Positions 62,201 to 64,000 of a DNA stretch of 64,000 nt are shown one piece after another (the first letter of the stretch is position 1; each line of letters starts with the position of its first letter). Origin of the DNA: Candidatus Helarchaeota archaeon. Lineage in GTDB: Archaea; Asgardarchaeota; Lokiarchaeia; Helarchaeales; RDOG01. The notes under the pieces were generated by a model. That model did no database searches, was not told the DNA's origin, and saw only the letters and a list, made by a program, of their open reading frames with translations. The position numbers and the translations under genes are program-made. The stretch lies in contig JAHPZH010000004.1 of NCBI GenBank assembly GCA_019058315.1, forward strand, positions 352,001 to 416,000, read 5' to 3'.

Positions 62201-63449
62201 TTTGTGGGTGTCTAGGGTCTAATAGTTTACGCCCTTTTGTCCATCTCTTTATTATTTCATTAATAAATTCAAAGGCTGGGATTTTATCTTTGAAATTTAT
62301 TGCGATTTTTTCAAAAATATTCAAATTGATAGGAGGACAACCAGAAATTTCTTGTATTCTATAAGCTCGGCGAATTCTTTTATTGGTATTAAATCTATAA
62401 TTTTTAGTGGAAATAATAGCACAATCGCCAAATATAATGATATTTCTCTTATATGATGAAACTTCAGGATTTTCTCCTAATAAACAAGTAAATCCTCCAT
62501 ATCCCTTTAACTCTTTTCCGAGGAACGTATCCATTAAGTCTGAAAATATTCTAAATGAAGCCAAACAACCCGAACAACATTTGCCTTGATGTATACTTAA
62601 TAATTCACTATCAGAAGGTAAGAGTTGAGCCTTTTTAAAATTAAAATAATTTGGGTCATCTCCCACTAATGAGATTTTCTTAGGATCTCCATTACCTAAA
62701 TTTAAATCTTGAGCAAGCTTAATATGCTTAATTTGAGAAGGATCAAATCCCATAATTGACGCTGCAATTGAATCAATAGCAATGGGATCAGTACCGGCTA
62801 AATTAAATTTGGTTTCTATCCCTGAAAGGTTAAATGGACCTTGTCCTTCCCCTCCAATAAATGAATCCATTATGATCAAATCGGGTTTAATTGCTTTCAA
62901 TATATCAGTAAGTCCTTCATGAATTCCGGATTTATAAAGTAAGAAATATTGCTCATCTGGCAATAATCCATGAAGATTTTTAATTGAAAGAGCAACATCG
63001 GATAAAAAATCAGTTCGTATAGTGGGAATTGAAATAAAAACATCTGAACTCAAAACACTTTTTGGAAGATGAACTTCTGTAAGGACTTTAGATTCTGATA
63101 CTTTTATGGGCTCGAAATGTTCCTTCTCTAAATTTATTAATGTCACTCCAATGCTATTGAGATATTCATCTAATCCTGTAAATTTAAATAAATTTTTTGA
63201 TGAAATTCCTCCAAAGGGATTATCGCCAACAATTACTTTTTTAGCACCAACATCAAAACACATCTTTGCTATTGTTCCAATTATTAAAGGATCTGTGCTT
63301 GCAGGAATACCTATAGGGGTACTAAGATCCGGTTTTAAAAAAACTGTTTGTCCTTTTCTAACAAAATTCTGTATTCCCCCTAAAAGTTCTATAGCTTTTC
63401 TAGTTGCATTAATTGTATTTTCTCCCTTAGCAATTGCAACTATAGACAA
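62190..63449 (-). CDS. DUF362 Fe-S protein
   Basis: AIELLGG....V..G..V.LKP, GEGQGP, GTDPIAID, CSGC, GDCA, SGCPP. Confidence 0.85.
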   Translation of the reverse strand: MSIVAIAKGENTINATRKAIELLGGIQNFVRKGQTVFLKPDLSTPIGIPASTDPLIIGTIAKMCFDVGAKKVIVGDNPFGGISSKNLFKFTGLDEYLNSIGVTLINLEKEHFEPIKVSESKVLTEVHLPKSVLSSDVFISIPTIRTDFLSDVALSIKNLHGLLPDEQYFLLYKSGIHEGLTDILKAIKPDLIIMDSFIGGEGQGPFNLSGIETKFNLAGTDPIAIDSIAASIMGFDPSQIKHIKLAQDLNLGNGDPKKISLVGDDPNYFNFKKAQLLPSDSELLSIHQGKCCSGCLASFRIFSDLMDTFLGKELKGYGGFTCLLGENPEVSSYKRNIIIFGDCAIISTKNYRFNTNKRIRRAYRIQEISGCPPINLNIFEKIAINFKDKIPAFEFINEIIKRWTKGRKLLDPRHPQIGA

Positions 63450-63580
63450 AACTCATCACGAAAGACTATTAATCAAATAAGTTTCTGATATTTTTCATAT
63501 TATTTGTATATAATACTTTTCTTTAGATTACTTCAGAATGTTTAAAAGAAGAATAGGATCAATAATATAAGGTTATTGTT

Positions 63581-64000
63581 TTGGTTGACATTAAGTTAAA
63601 ATTAATATCATTGGCGCAATTATTAACCTCCTTTTTTAGCTTAAATCGTCCAGCAGTAGTATTTATGGGTCTCCCATTCGCAATGGTCGGGGTAGCATAT
63701 GCATTAATTTCTACATATTCAAATATAACCTTATTACAAGCTGCCTTAGGAATAACTTCCGTTTTTTTGGTTACAGGAGGGGTTCACACGATGGATGATG
63801 TCTTTGATAGAAAACGCGATAGAGGCATGTGGCCAAATAGAGCTTTATCATTGGGTTTTGCAACACCTAAACAAGCAACAATATTAGCTATAACATGTTT
63901 TTCCATCGGGTTATCTATTACATTATTTATCTTCAATATAATTACTTTCTTTATTTTGACATTAGCCACAAGTCTTACAATCTTGTATTCTGGGTATTTA
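63581..64000 (+). CDS. UbiA-family prenyltransferase (DGGGP-synthase-like), 3'-partial, not in ORF track
   Basis: Manual translation ...LNRP...HTMDDVFDRKRDRGMWPNRALSLG... carries the UbiA Asp-rich motif. Confidence 0.85.
   Translation, partial: MVDIKLKLISLAQLLTSFFSLNRPAVVFMGLPFAMVGVAYALISTYSNITLLQAALGITSVFLVTGGVHTMDDVFDRKRDRGMWPNRALSLGFATPKQATILAITCFSIGLSITLFIFNIITFFILTLATSLTILYSGYL

Noticed and set aside
557-63969. Short antisense or nested ORFs in the track (e.g. 557, 2548, 4925, 5462, 8794, 9643, 11305, 20933, 48705, 51973, 63106, 63784)
   Set aside because: They overlap better-supported genes and show no motifs.

Overview
Very AT-rich archaeal DNA, most consistent with an Asgard archaeon (Loki/Hel-like), judging from tandem Rab-like GTPases, an archaeal histone, 7TM-longin-like proteins, an AN1-JAB fusion and many TPR proteins. 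Positions 1-28 kb hold housekeeping and eukaryotic-signature genes, including a thiolase / catalytically dead HMG-CoA-synthase homologue / DUF35 triad. Positions ~28-62 kb are an accessory/defence island: a DHH-RadA fusion, HEPN-like, PD-(D/E)XK and two AlbA_2 proteins, an XRE-ImmA/PIN pair, and an odd tRNA with a Leu-like body and a Ser anticodon. The main result is an array-less CRISPR-derived locus. It comprises a ~1470-aa SF2 helicase-HTH-Zn-Cas1-LRR fusion (43.4-47.8 kb) and, 4 kb away, a Cas7-like/Cas5-like/third-gene operon of the HRAMP/Asgard-RAMP type (51.8-54.0 kb). Directly after that operon sits a near-exact second copy of the operon's own promoter, followed by a ~190-nt non-coding segment with four hairpins. 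A diverged duplicate at 60.3-60.6 kb, where the RAMP genes are deleted, shows mostly structure-preserving substitutions (A-U to G-U, loop changes). A 20-nt inter-hairpin linker matches DNA just upstream of the RNA's own promoter. This is a candidate for the missing guide/scaffold RNA of this system type. All calls come from manual motif reading; no searches were run.
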